A DNA stretch of 64,000 nt from Octopus vulgaris (taxonomy: Eukaryota). Within the stretch, counting starts at the first letter, position 1, and every line of letters starts with the position of its first letter. This document shows positions 1 to 14,439 of the stretch, in pieces. The position numbers were made by a program, and so were the translations under genes. A model generated the notes under the pieces. It made no database searches. It was not told the DNA's origin and worked only from the letters and a program-made list of their open reading frames with translations. The stretch spans positions 69,812,001-69,876,000 of the forward strand of contig OX597831.1 of assembly GCA_951406725.2 (NCBI GenBank), in the 5' to 3' direction.

Positions 1-99
1 TTGTAAAAATAAGAAAGTTATGGGGGTTTTTAGCACATGCTTACATCATAACTCTGCCGAGTTTTGCTTCCACTAGTAAAAGCTATACGTATCTTTCAG

Positions 100-247
100 G
101 AAGCTCCATACCAATTTAACTTTATGCAGCCTTCGCTGTTAGTTTATGCACAGGCTATGAGGGAAGACAGAATAAAGAGGTTTTTGTTAGCTTATAACTC
201 CGATAAGATGGGTCACTTTGCTGTTCAAAAGAATAAACTCACTGAGG
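100..247 (+). other. Possible internal coding exon of an unidentified gene (EAPYQFNFMQPSLLVYAQAMREDRIKRFLLAYNSDKMGHFAVQKNKLTE)
   Basis: Acceptor-like atctttcAG at 91-99 and a protein-like open frame (part of ORF 64..303). The best donor is non-canonical (G|GGAAGT at 247/248). No family recognised. Confidence 0.25.
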
Positions 248-756
248 GGAAGTTTCAACGTCTTCCTTCAATTTCGTTATACCATTTATGTGGCTGTTTC
301 TGACAAGAAATTTCACTTTCAAGTAAGACAACTATATTTTGTAGTCATTATCTATAATTTGTTCCCAAAACACTTCAGTACTTCAGCTTTGCAAACATAT
401 GTTCTTTAATCATTAAAGTGCAACAATAACCAGCCTTCAATTTGGTTTTCCATTCCTCGGTTAATCAGAAACATAGATTGTTGTGCTACTCATAAATATT
501 CTCAGTAGTTCAATTATTTGGTGAACAAAAATACTACCAATGCAAATTTAAACTGTCCAAAGAATGAGTGCATTTGCTAGTATGAATATATGAAATAAAT
601 TAATGACAATAACTTGATTGATAATTATTTTCCTCGTAAATGATTAGATGTCTACAAATTGTTTTGTATATGTATCTGTATGTATGTCTGTGTGCATGCG
701 TGCATACACATGATTATGTATGAGTGTGTCTATGTCTGACACCTTATCTTAACATT

Positions 757-953
757 GCATGAGAGCTGTAAATGAGTGTCACTGTCGTTCATTTCCAATG
801 TTCTGTGTAAACATGTCCGGCCATACTTGGAAACAGACAAGAGTTGGCAATAGGAAAAGCATCCAGACATAGAAAATCCACCTGAATAAACTTAGTCCAA
901 CCCATGCTAGCATTGGAATGTGGACAGTAAAACAATGATGGTGATGATGATGA
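757..953 (+). mobile_element. Degenerate SINE/RTE-type 3' tail ending in (GAT)n
   Basis: Shares gttggc..taggaa.gcatccag and gtccaacccatgctagcat..(gat)n with copies at 12200, 39700 and 51160. Confidence 0.6.
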
Positions 954-1051
954 TTGGGGAAACAATATTCTCTTTTTGTTTCTCTCCTCCACTTACTGTA
1001 AAGTAGGAAATGTCTTCTCATTAAAAATTTATACTTGCAAAATCATTAATA

Positions 1052-1250
1052 TTTTAGACACACTATCAAATAATTTGAGACTAGTTACACTAGTTTCAAA
1101 TCATCATATTATATAGTACTTTTGAGACTGGTTATCAGATAATTTGAGACCAGTGACACTGTTTTCAAATTATTAGAATCTGAGATTAAGCTATCAGGTA
1201 ATTTGGACTCAGTTATACAGGTTTCCAATTACCAGTATCTAAGACTGGTT
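1052..1250. repeat. Degenerate ~60-70 bp tandem repeat (about 3 units)
   Basis: Recurring tatcaRataatttgagaccagttacac..tttcaaatta units. Confidence 0.5.
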
Positions 1251-2309
1251 TAATCACAAAACCTTCACCAAGAGAATTGCTGACATTTTTTGATAGTGTC
1301 CAGTCTGCTTCTTTCTCTGTAATAATACTTTAAAATAGCATTACTTTACAGTAAGACATTTATTCTATGTGCTCCAATCTATTTCCTGATTTTAAAAAAA
1401 AATCTAACCTATTCAAAGAATTGTACATAACCATTCCTGTCATCATTGTCATCTTCATCATCATCATCATTGCCATCATCGTTGTTGTCGTCTTCATCAT
1501 TATCATCATCATCATCATCATCAACATCATCATACCTCTACTTTCTGACTGGCAATGGTTGGATGGATCATCATGAGCTGAGTGCTTTGGTAACGAGATT
1601 TACTGCCTTCATGGTCTCGTATCTGTCATTTTGCCTTGGTTTCTGTGTCTGGGAGAGTGTCCCTCCTGTTACCAACCACTTTGCAGAGTGTATTATGTGC
1701 ATTTTCTTATGACACCAACACTACAGAGGTTTACAAGTCCTCAGCAGTAAAACAGGACTAAAAGGACCTCACAACCCTTCTCTGCTCATTTGCCATCTAC
1801 TTTGCACTGTGTGTTGGATGTATCTTTTGGCATCAACATTAAAGGAGTTATCCATTCCCCATCAGTCACTCTTGAGAGTGTGCAGGGGGATTCAGGAAGG
1901 GGATTTCCATCATGGCACTGGTGTATCAGCTTTGAACATTGAAAATGTACAGAGTGCTTTGTAATCTAAGATGTTTACTTTTGGAAGAAATGTAAATGAG
2001 GAGGGCTAGTGAAGGCGCAATAATCTAAGAAGTGAACTTTTATAGGTAATGTGAATGAGAATGTGCGGAGAATATTTAGTAACTTTATGTTTTGAACTGT
2101 TTCAGGCATTTCCTGCAAGAATTTTCTTTTCAGCTGTCATTTTGCCTGTCTTGTTTCAATTCGCCCTTTTTATTTGCTTCATTCCTGCCTAGGACTTTTA
2201 TCTTTTTTACCCCTTTGAATTCTTTAGATACCAGATTATTTTCCTTAGACTTTCCACACGCTTCACTGCTAATAAGACCTCTTCCATCTCATTATAATGA
2301 TAGATACAT

Positions 2310-2725
2310 TACAGCATTTCGTCTGCCTTTACGTTCTGCAACCAAATTTCGCCAAGGTCGACTTCGCCTTTTATCCTTTAGAGGTTGATAAATTAAGTGC
2401 CAGTCAAGTATTGGGGTCGATGTGATCAACTTTACCCCTCTCTCAAAATTTTAGGCCTCTTGCCTTTAGTGGAAAGGATTGTTATAATCATGATGACAGA
2501 ACGATGATATCATTATTATCATGAGGTGTCAAAATCATTAGCATGTTGAACAAAATGCTTAGTGGCATTTCTTCTAGTTTTATGTTTTGAGCTCATTTGC
2601 CACCAAGGTCGACTTTACCTTTCAGTGTTAATAAAATAAACACCAGTCAAGTGCTGGGGATTGATGTAATCACTGGCTCCACTCCATCCCAAATCACAGG
2701 CCTTGTGCCTTAAGTGGAAAGGGTT
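2310..2725 (+). mobile_element. Two degenerate SINE family B fragments
   Basis: Core aaggtcgactt.gccttt.atcc..ggt.gataaa.taagt.ccag..ctggggtcgatgtaat, as in the full copies at 35927 and 45127. Confidence 0.7.
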
Positions 2726-2764
2726 ACTATTATATTTTTGTAAATCTCAGTCTTTACATTAAAA

Positions 2765-3690
2765 GGTCCAGTTAGGGAACAGTCAACAAAAAATTGATAA
2801 AGGTTCCTTACTGCTTCATCTCCTGTGCCTTACTTATATCAACAAGATTTTCCTTAAAATCCTTACTTCAGCTAAAACAATCTCCAGTTCTTGTAGTGGT
2901 GGATGATATCGACTCCTTACTTGTTTTTCTAAAATGCACCATAAATGTTCAATAATGTTGAGACCTGGGGACTGTGGTGGCCAGATAAGATGTTCAACTC
3001 CACTATAATGTTCCTCGTGCCATTCAGTAACAACTTTAGTGGTGTGAATTGGTGCATTATCGTCCTAAAAGACTGCATTTTCCTCCAGAAACATTTCTAT
3101 AACCATAGGATGAATTTGATCAGATAAAATGCTTAAATAGTCTTGACTATAAATTCTGCTATAAAGGGAAACCATTGGGCAGGTGGATTTCCAAAATATA
3201 GCACCTAGGATCATAACAGATCCTGGGCTCTTGAGGCGGTCATTAAGCTCTGTAGTGATTTTGGGAGCTGTACTTTTGTGATACTTTCTAATAATTCATG
3301 TATGAATCCGATGGTTCCTATCTGAAAGTTTTGGTTTTCTTCTAGAGTTTTGTTTTGACGAGGAGGTTTTTCCCTCTTTCTGAAAGGCTGTCATTACTTT
3401 CAAGACAGTACTTCTTTATACATCAAACATTTTGGCTGTTTTCGTTATGCTAGTGCCTGCCATATGAGCAACAACAATTTGATCTTTTTGAAAGTCCGAT
3501 AGATCTGTCATTTTAATTAATCTTAATTACCTCTTTCAGATGATATCTGGAAAAAAAACAACAATTTTAGCAAAACATATCAAGCAATACTAATGATAAA
3601 TCAAAAACAAAAATAAACAAGGTTTTGACAGTTTTATAGATATTTCAAAATTATGGTGCTATGTGTTTCCATTATTTTGTCCAAGCCCTG
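2765..3690 (-). mobile_element. Tc1-like transposon, internally deleted and decayed
   Basis: TIR cagggcttggacaaaataatggaaac next to TA at 3691. Minus strand reads MTDLSDFQKDQIVVAHMAGTSITKTAKMFDV*RSTV (HTH) and WPPQSPGLNIIEHLW (Tc1 third-catalytic-residue region). Confidence 0.85.
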
Positions 3691-3773
3691 TATATATAAT
3701 TGTTCTGATATCATAACTTATATATATATTATTCATACACACACATACATACATGAATGCATACATATACATC

Positions 3774-3832
<59 letters not shown>

Positions 3833-4248
3833 CAGAACATTAATTCTAAAAACACAATAATGAAACCATATATTCATGGAAGTGAGCAGTATTGTTATCC
3901 ATTTCTTTCAATCTTGGTTCTGATATGCTGCAAAAACTTAGCTTATGAATCTAAGATCTTATAGCATAAAAATGGGAAACAACTTCATTGTCATTTCTGT
4001 ATGGAATACTGGAGGCTCACTTGACATGATGTGTTTGTCTTCCATACCACACCTTGATATTTTTCCCACCAATATAAAAACAAAATATTCATGCAATATG
4101 CCAACTTATTAAAAGCATCTCTCTGAGATGCAACAAGAGTTTCCGAAGGAAAACAAAAATCACCATGCATAAAACATTTATATCTTGATCATTTGATTCT
4201 CAAAAGTAACAGGGATTGTGTATTAACATGACTAGTCATATGTTACTA

Positions 4249-4676
4249 TCTCTCTTTTACTCTTTTCTCTTTTACTCTTTTACTTGTTTCAGTCATTTGA
4301 CTGTGGCCATGCTGGAGCACTGCCTTTAATCGAGCAACTCGACCCCGGGACTTATTCTTTTTATAAGCCCAGTACTTATTCTATCGGTCTCTTTTGCTGA
4401 ACCGCTAAGTGACAGGGATGTAACACACCAGCATCGGTTGTCAAGCAATGCTAGGGGGACAAACACAGACACACAAACAAACACACATACATACATATAT
4501 ATACATATATACGACAGGCTTCTTTCAGTTTCCATCTACCAAATCCACTCACAAGGCATTGGTCGGCCTGGGGCTATAGCAGAAGACACTTGCCCAAGAT
4601 GCCACGCAGTGGGACTGAACCCGGAACCATGTGGTTGGTTAGCAAGCTACTTACCACACAGCCTCTCCTGCGCCTA
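4249..4676 (-). mobile_element. tRNA-derived SINE family A (CORE-like centre, internal microsatellite, (AAAAGAGT)n tail)
   Basis: Head ggcgcaggag.ggctgtgtggtaag, B-box ggttcagtccc, cttgggcaagtgtctt core; near-identical to about 12 other copies in the window. Confidence 0.92.
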
Positions 4677-5889
4677 TATACACCTTTGAAATGGTAATTT
4701 TTTTAATACAATCTAGTATTTTTACAAGGGTTGATTTTTTGATATTTTTGATAGCTATTTTATGCAGCTGTTGAATTTGGTAATTTATTTATATCTATAG
4801 AATACAAATAGCAAATAATGCCTATTCAGATATTTTCAAAATGGTTGTTGAATAATTCTTTGGTTTCTTTTCGTTAATGCTAAATTGTTCCTTTCCTCTC
4901 TTCTGCTTATTGATGTTCGACAGATGTTCAGCCTCCTGAGAACAAACAACTAATGTCAAACATGGAATGATTTCGTTTTAGAAATATATACCTTGCCAAA
5001 CAACAAGAATTATTCATAAACACTATTTGAATTTTGTTTAAGGCTTGGTTTCTATCTTCTGGTCATATATGTATATAAACCATGCCGCACTGGGAGATGC
5101 ACATTCAAAGAAGACGATGACGATGAAGATATATGTTTATATGTATGTAGATTTCTTTCAGATTTCTTTAGTGTTTTTCCTTTGCAGAATTCAAGTTGAT
5201 CATTGATAAAGTGCCAAAACTCTTTTGTTTAACACTGCTCTTGGGATTTGGGGTTAGCTGAATTGGTAAATGTGTGCATATTGTATGCACCTATATCTGC
5301 TTTCATATGTGTATGTGTGTGTGTGTACATACGTATGTATGTATATATATATATATATTATTAGTGAATGGAATAAATGGAGTTGAACGAAGATTGTACA
5401 GAATACCTTTTATTACATTCTACACATGTTTCGAAGGCCACAAATTTCCAAATATTAAACTTCAATTATCCGCTCCAACGCACGGTTGCAACACCAAATG
5501 GTCCTATCTCCAACCGTGCTGTTTTCCGCTGTGATTTTTGCTACCCAGGTATCGGTTAAACCTTTGAATAATCTGTTACAAGAAAATTCATCTTTCTATT
5601 TCAACATATATATATATAAGACTCTGTGCACTATCAGGTAAAACCAAGATAAGCAAAAGACTGTGTCAATAAATATATATACCACACAACCACCACGCCG
5701 AACACATACTCCTTCACACACATTATACCCCCACACATACATAGCCCCTCCCCACACATACATAGCCCCTCCCCACACACATTATACACTGCACACTAGC
5801 ATACCCCCCCTGACCCTATCCTTTACAGAAAATAGACAGACCAACGAACACAGCTATATATACCTACACACTCAGAAAATATTATTCAT

Positions 5890-6270
5890 ATGACACCCCT
5901 ACACATATCACACACTGCATTCCCAAAGGAGCACCACACTTAATAGTGCACACTTTCCTCACAAGCACTTCAAGATAACTCTTACCGGCCTCGCAACGTA
6001 CCCAACCAAGGAACATAACTCCTAACCTAATCCCTTGGCCGTTATTCATTTCACCACCTTTTTCACAGCAGCTGCTGACCAGTTGTGTTAATCCACCTCT
6101 GACAATAGAGAGCAGTCGCTATATTCCCTTCCTTATTGGCTAACTCTGATGAGCACAAGGTTATAAAATCAGATTGTTACATAACACTCCACTGTAGTCC
6201 ATGCGTGAAACAAATTGGAAAGATCAGCTGTGATGGTTATATAATACTATACATTTTGGATGACATATAT
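5890..6270 (+). mobile_element. PLE 3' UTR/pLTR relic with hammerhead motif
   Basis: Homologous to 24885-25255; CTGATGA at 6146-6152 and GAAA at 6207-6210. Confidence 0.65.
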
Positions 6271-6329
6271 ACACAAGGCTACAGTGTACCAAGAAAAGGT
6301 AGCCTCAAACAGAAGTGACACAAATATCA

Positions 6330-6960
6330 GTAACATCAATGCCAACACAGGAACACCCACTAAAATTTATGTTGGATCTTGTGAATCCAAATTTAAAATT
6401 CGCCTGAACAACAACAGATCTTCTTTCAGAGTCCTGGAGGGATGCAATATAATGACACTCGCAGCATACTATGGTGCCTAAAGGGCGATCATACGCCCTT
6501 TAACATAGGTGGAAATTACTGGAAACTTGGGGACCGTCTCACAATGGAACAAGACTATGTAAATTGTGTATGGCAGAAAAATATATAATCCTTATGAACT
6601 CACATGAGTCAGGAGGCTACCTGAACTCCAGGATGGAAAGTGTGGGGAGTTGTCCACATTTTCGGAAATTTGACTTCAAAATTGGAAAATCTATCTGTCA
6701 AGCGAAGGAAGACAACTCACCCAGCCATAATTTTTAAAGAGGAATATTTCTTGAACTATCACTAGCGTTCTTGTGTTTTAAAGAAATATTCCTTGCAGAG
6801 AAGTTATCATTTAGAGAAACTGAAGAGATGTCTAATTCACACCTGATATGAAACCAATGGTTTTTCCTAAACTGTTACTTTACACATAGAAAAATAAACA
6901 ACTGCTCTATATTTTATAGGGTATGCTCTTCTTCTGATTTATGATCTTTATAATGAATAT
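6330..6960 (+). pseudogene. PLE GIY-YIG endonuclease C-terminal fragment plus pLTR
   Basis: KIYVGSCESKFKIRLNNNRSSFR...CKLCMAEKYII...LNSRME..GSCPHFRKF across frameshifts, followed by an HHR at 6816-6866 and (TA)n. Confidence 0.8.
6816..6866 (+). ncRNA. Type I hammerhead ribozyme
   Basis: Stem I GAAA/TTTC, core CTGAAGA(G), stem II ATGTC/GATAT, GAAA, stem III A-CC-AAT-GG-T, GUU cleavage triplet. Confidence 0.75.
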
Positions 6961-6969
6961 ATATATATT

Positions 6970-7822
6970 GAGGGTGCGATGTGTAAATTGTCACCATTTT
7001 ATATTTTTAATTTCGTGCATGTGCAGTGTTGGTTTTGAATTTGTCATCTACACAATATGGTAGATGGGCACCGTTTGTGAGAAAAACAGCACCATGATGC
7101 AATTCACTCTGCCAGAAATTTGGAAACAACATACTCCACTGCATGGAATTCATACAGGAAGCTCCAATACGAATATTTCAGAGTATTTGGGTGTCAGTCT
7201 GAGAACAGTGTAATCTGAGGACATGTACTGAAAGTGATAAAAATCAAACATCCAGCCAACATCATGGTGTTTGGAGTGATTGCTAATGATGGCAATGTTA
7301 TGTCTCCATTCATCTTCCCACATGGCTTCAGGCTTGACACAGAGGCCTACATCAAGTGCCTGGAGGGAGCAGTGCTGCCATGGGTCAATAAGGTGGCTGC
7401 TGGAAGACCCTATGTCTGGCAACAGGACTCTGCACCATACCACACAAGCAAGAGAACTCAGTCATGGCTGTCAGACAATTTCTGTGATTACATCACTCCT
7501 AACATCTGGCCACCTAACTCCCCAGACAGCAACCCCATTGATTATTATGTGTGGGGCACAGCTGAGTGAGAAACCAATAAAACTCCTTGTAACACCAAAG
7601 ATGAACTGAAGTCATGGAATATGGCAGCATTCACCAACTTAAACAAGGATACCATCTAAAAGAGTTGCAAGAGATTCTGAAGTCGTCTGGAGGCCGTGGT
7701 AGAAGCCAATGGCGATTTTATTGAATAAATTTATTCTTTAGTATTTCAGGATATTTTTATGTAATATCAGTGTTATTTTCAATTTTGCATAATATAGACG
7801 GCAGTTTATTCACCACACTCTG
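6970..7822 (+). mobile_element. maT/mori (DD37D) Tc1-mariner, internally deleted
   Basis: ORF 7234-7569 has QQD-x37-D (QQDSAP...WPPNSPDSNPID); imperfect TIRs (gggtgcgatgtgtaaattgtc / gacggcagtttattcaccacactctg) with TA on the right. Confidence 0.88.
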
Positions 7823-8319
7823 TATGTGTATGTGTGTACATGCGTATGTATGTACATATATGTATGTATGTATCACACCGGTCAGGGCATACATAATGCT
7901 ATCTCTGTGGATAGCATTATGTTATCATTAAAAATCCTCAAGGAATATCAATTTGTGTTTGAACAGCTTTGGATGGCAATACTTAGAAAAGTTATTCACA
8001 GACTCACTAAACTGAATTATCTTGGAATATTTATTCTCTGTTTATGATTATTCATAACTTATTGCTCATAACTTACCGTTCATGGTTCAATGTAATGAGA
8101 GAGAGAGAAAAGATACATGTTGTTTATTGATCATCTCTTTTCGTTCTGTGAACTTAAATCTTTGTTATTTATAGTGACATGGCTGAACTTATCTAAGAAT
8201 CAACAAAAATAGCAACACAAAATTGACAGAGATCAGCCTTGTGAATATTTTGTGAGACCATGTGTTAAATGTAAGAGATGATATAAAGACCTCAAAAACT
8301 CCCTATCAATTATTAAGTG

Positions 8320-8645
8320 AAGTTGCATGGACAAGTAGTTAGAGTATTTGGCTCATGATCTTATGGTCATGAATTCGATTCTCGGTGGTGTGTTGTGCCC
8401 TTGAACAGGACACCTTATTTAATGCTGCTTCAGTCCACTCACCTGGTAAAAATGAGTTGTACCCATATTTTACAGGGCCAGACTTATCACATTATGTCAT
8501 ACTGAATCTCCTTGAGAAATACATTAAGAGTACATGTGTCTGTGGAGTACTCAGTCACTTGCACATTAACTTCACAAGCAGGCTGCTGTTCCATTGATCA
8601 GATCAACCGGAATCATTGTCGCCACAACTACTGGAGTGCCAGTTA
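8320..8645 (+). mobile_element. Degenerate tRNA-derived SINE (another family)
   Basis: A/B-box-like head (gaattcgattctc) and gtgcccttgaacaggacac core; a related piece lies at 35775-35875. Confidence 0.6.
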
Positions 8646-9031
8646 TCAATCATTAAGATTATTTGCTTTGCCATTTCTGATTGAGATTATTGAAAGTTAT
8701 GTAAGGATTATTCCTTTAATTTCAATGTAACGAAAGCTAATTACTATATAAAGATTTACTTTCAATGGTAACAATCCACTATTTTTCAATTAATTATTTA
8801 TTGGATAACAGATACTCGAAATTCTAACCAGATGGTCAATTGTCTGTTTAACCTTGATTCATGGATACTAAACCATTGTACAAAGTAATTGTGACCCTAC
8901 AAGCCATTCAACTGGTTTTCCTTACCTTTATCAATTTTATCAACACTGTTCAGTCACACATATATGTGCAAGTGTAGCTTTTTCGTTGCTCTGTTTCTCT
9001 CTGTGGATCATTAAGCTGTATTTTAATGCAT

Positions 9032-9220
9032 ATTGTCAGATTTCATATAGAAAATAGATTCTCAACCAAAACTGTCCAACGAACAGGAATGTGAAACTCT
9101 GAGTAACAATTTTTGTGATGTCTTTGCAGCTTTATTAATAAAGCATATTACTCTACCTCAGGTATTCGAGTATTATTTTTTTCCACCTTGTTTCACATTT
9201 ATGTGCTTACTTTGGTATAG
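9032..9220 (+). mobile_element. pLTR relic with decayed hammerhead
   Basis: Stem I ATTGT/ACAAT and GAAA-CTC-T-GAG-TA are intact; the core has decayed to CAGATTT. Confidence 0.45.
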
Positions 9221-10364
9221 ACAAATAAATACATTCAGAGAGGAAGATGAAAATAAAGTTTAACTCAATAGTCTCTTCGAGCTTGCAATTTAGTATATTA
9301 GCAATGATTTTATTCATATTTATGATTCTGTTAGACATATTACATGTCTTCAAGACAAAATTGTACAAATGGTACAAAATTTATTAGGCTTTTAACATAT
9401 ATTCAGAAAAGAATAAAAGTATATAAGCAAAGGCCATGATGTTTAGAAATGTAAATGGCACATTTGTATTGGATCTTGATTAACAGGAAACAGTTGGATA
9501 AAAGGTGCAGTAGGCTTTAATACATAGTTTATGAGTTTAACTATGGGTAGGGAGCAGGGATCAACAGTCAGATGTACAGGAAATCTATACCTGAGTGTAA
9601 CTGTGATTAAGTTAATACTGACAAAGTCTTAGGTTGATATAGAAGTTTTCCTCCACTAGCATAGAGCTACTCATGTATACCTCAAAACTGAAGAATGTTT
9701 TAACAAATTTTTTTAAAAATTTATGAGAATTAAGCCTACTTAATACACTTGTATTGAAAGTGAAAGAGAAACAGCTAACTTTTGCTGTTTAAAAATATGT
9801 CAATCTACAACTAACTTGGGAATATTGATTCACTGAAAATTATTGCAACCAAGCTATTCAGAAGCTGATTCAAGCTGAGCTTCATAGAAACGTACAAAAA
9901 TGAATAAATAAATAAGTAAATAAAAACCAACAAACATACACCCTTAAATAAAATTTTTTACCCATTTTTAATTTTCTGGGAAAATTTACTTTCTTCATGA
10001 TGCTGTGCAAATTTATGTAATTATTCTAAATAAATTAGTTTTCTAATTAGTATTTTTTTCCATTGTCTACTGCAGCGCTTCTGGGTTTATAATTTTCTTA
10101 GTTTTATTATATTGGCAGCTAAACAATAAAATTTAGAGGAAATTGCATAGTGCAGGATCTTCTTGATAAGATGTGTCCCTGTGCAAAATATCAGCTATGC
10201 TAATAGAAAACAGTTGAGTACAACTTGAAAAATGAACATATACATACATTCAGGTTTATATATACTCGAAATGTATAGACAGAACTGCAATGCATACACA
10301 CGAGCACACACACACACACACACACACACACATTCACACAGGCAATATTATAATTATTTCTACT

Positions 10365-10545
10365 CTAGGCACAAGGCCTTGAAAATTTTTGGTGGGAAGT
10401 GGGGGTCGTTGATTACATCGACCCCAGTGCATAACTGGTACTTATTTTATCGACTCTGATAGGATGAAAGGCAAAGTCGACCTCAGCGGAATTTGAAATT
10501 GGAATGTAGTGGCAGACGAAATACTACTAAGCCCAGCTTGCTAAC
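10365..10545 (-). mobile_element. SINE family B fragment
   Basis: Reverse complement of the core gaggtcgactttgcctttcatcc..gtcgataaaataagtaccag. Confidence 0.75.
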
Positions 10546-10675
10546 AAACACATGATATTATAATATCAGTTTTTCTTTCTCCTTACAACAAATATTCTTT
10601 TCTCTCACCATATTTTCCTCCTCTGTCACCTCCACTTCATTACTTCAATGCTTATCTCTCCTTTCCTCTTTGTCC

Positions 10676-11856
<1,181 letters not shown>

Positions 11857-12199
11857 GCCTAACTGTGTTTATCTGAATTACTACCTCCATATCACTTTGA
11901 TTTGGCTTTCTTTTATGTTCACACTTGATACCATGTGTGTTGCCTTGGATGAAGAAGCAGGAGTTTAAGTTCATTTGAGCAACATATACATACATACACA
12001 GGCACACAGATGTAAACGAATTGCAAGAACTCTAAGGCCTAATCTGGCCACTTGTGTCATGTGACGTTTTTCTGTCACTTGTACCATTCATCTCCTGATT
12101 TATGTTCTTAAGATTTATTCTATCTGTCTACCTCCTACTTTCACTGTCGTATGTTCTTTGTCTGCCCAGCATCCCAAATATAAATTTTAACAAACTGTT

Positions 12200-12390
12200 A
12201 CATGCCATCAGCACGTAAAAGCACCTACTACACCCTCGGGGTGGTTGGCGTTAGGAAGGGCATCCAGCTGTAGAAACTCTGCCTGATCAGATTGGAGACT
12301 GGGGCAGCCATCTGGTTCGCCAGGCCTCAGTCAAATTGTCCAACCCATGCGAGCAGGGAAAGCGGACGTTAAACGATGATGATGATGATG
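12200..12390 (+). mobile_element. SINE/RTE-type 3' tail (family C), (GAT)n end
   Basis: cacgtaaaagcacc..gtggttggcgttaggaagggcatccagctgtagaaac..(gat)n, shared with 39700 and 51160. Confidence 0.8.
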
Positions 12391-12749
12391 TTATTGGCTT
12401 TTCTTTTTTTTTATTATAATGCATACAAATCATTTCAGTCATAATTTGTTCTCCTATGTTGAAGAATTTCAGCAACTTATATATTTTGTATTTCGTAATT
12501 AATTTATATAACATCTTAGTCTCTCTAATTTGTTGCAGAATTAATTCATCAATGCATATCAGACTCAAGAAATCTTTGGCATTCTTCTCTAGCATCACAT
12601 CACAAAGTTCTCTATTTTTAGTATTATTTATTGATTACTCAAGTTTCTGCCCCTCCATTAAAAACTAAATATAATTGTTTCAACCATTTCCCTTGGTTGT
12701 TTTGAGAAATTCAGATCTGTTTTGTCAGTTTAATGTTTGCTATCTTCTT

Positions 12750-14130
12750 TTTTTCTGCCTTGTAAAACTATATGCAGGTGCAAATATCATAGCTCTTTGA
12801 AGGTTGGAAAAAATGAATAATCTCACTTATTTGGTTTCGAAAATGAAAATTGTCTATTTTATCAGTTGTCCAAAAATGTTTGTTTTCTTTATATTGAGAA
12901 AAATGTTGGTTTTTACACAATATTCAGTGCCTTCAATTGATCATGTTTATTTTCTGCAATTTATGTGCCCTAATTTACATGTCTCAGGTTATCGATGTTC
13001 ATTCCTACTTTCAAGATTATAAGTGCCTTATTATCATTTCACCATATAGATTGAATAAATTGATTCTTTATTTACTTGAAAACTCTGTCTTTATATGTGG
13101 CATACAAAACAAACTAGAGTTCACACTTTCCAGCAAGTATTCCATAGTCAGTTGTAAAAGCTGTACTGTATACAATTAAACATTTACACACTTCATTAAT
13201 CTTACATGTGCAGTCATGCCACAGAGCCCATAATTTTAAAGAATTATTTTCTTCATCTACCAAATCTTTGAAAATGAATAACAATCAATTTTGAAGCATT
13301 TTAAGTATAATTTACCTGAGATTGAGATATTTCCTACTGTCATTTTTGTATGCCTTCTTAGAAATTGGAACGCAGTTAGATGTTCTCCAATCAGATGAAT
13401 ATTTTTTGTGATCAGAAAGAACTGCTTAAATTGCATGAAGTTTTAGACTTTGTCTGCAGGCATTAAACATTTCAGTGGAATCTCATCCTCTCCTGGTTGT
13501 AAATTTTTGTACTGTTTTTAGTGTTTCATAACTTCTATTTTCATTATTTTGTGGTTCATCTGCACAGACTGTAGATTTCTTGGATTTGAAAAGATATTCA
13601 GTAACAGTTTTCTCATTCTTTCTTTATTTCGGTTTCCTCTATTACAGTATGGTTATTTTTGTTTTTCAGTTGCAAATTCACAGATAAAACTCTTGGTTAT
13701 CTGTATAATATTGTAGTATACTTCTTCAGTTCTCAGTTGTTAAAGTCTTTTCAATTTCACTGCAAGTTTTAGAAATATACTAACTTTTCTTTGTGGGTTT
13801 TGAAAATTCCCATTCAATTGCTTTAGTTTCTGTTTTATTGAGGATTCATGATAATTTTCTTCTCTAACTTCTTTTTTTTTTGTAGTTTTTGTTATTTCTC
13901 TTGATTTTCTTGATAACCATGGAGAAATTTTTAGTAGTTTGTTTTCTAAGGAAACTTTTTTTCTGGCATTTCTCTTTATAATTAGTTTTATTTGATTGAA
14001 ACCCTTCCAGCAACATCACTAGAAGTTGCTTTGACTAAACTTTTGTCATGGATACTATTCAAAGCTTTCAACTGCATTCACCAAACTACTTAGCTAGGTT
14101 TCTTTAGCTCAGATACTAATAATTTTAGTG
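12750..14130 (-). pseudogene. Very degenerate A-rich reverse transcriptase relic, probably PLE-like
   Basis: Scattered minus-strand motifs (PG-like, FIFKD, MGS); no continuous frame. Confidence 0.25.
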
Positions 14131-14439
14131 TACTTTAGAGAGTCAATTCCTACCTGACACATTTGTTTTCTTATATAAGTAATCTATTTTCTGTTACTTC
14201 AAACTACACAAACCCACGCCTAATTGACTGATACTAACCCTCATTCTTTACGTTTTATAGCATATGCATCATTCACACAATTTAGACACCACATACTAAA
14301 TAATTACCTGGTAAATATCCTTCAATAAGAATAATTACAACATTTTACTCCATCAACAGCCCTAAAGCACGCTCATATGAATTTATATATGTAAACACAC
14401 ACACATGTAATCATTAACATATCTGCACTAAATGATCTT

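Noticed and set aside
2040-2150. Possible minus-strand HHR (GCCT-GAAA-CAG)
   Set aside because: No convincing CUGANGA core or stems.
4438-4689. Recurrent ORFs such as MSSNARGTN... and MLGGQTQ... suggesting a gene family
   Set aside because: Antisense translations of SINE-A copies.
5400-5450. HHR 3' half on the minus strand (CCTTC-GAAA-CATGTGTA)
   Set aside because: No matching 5' core found, so it was not counted, although it may be a pLTR relic.
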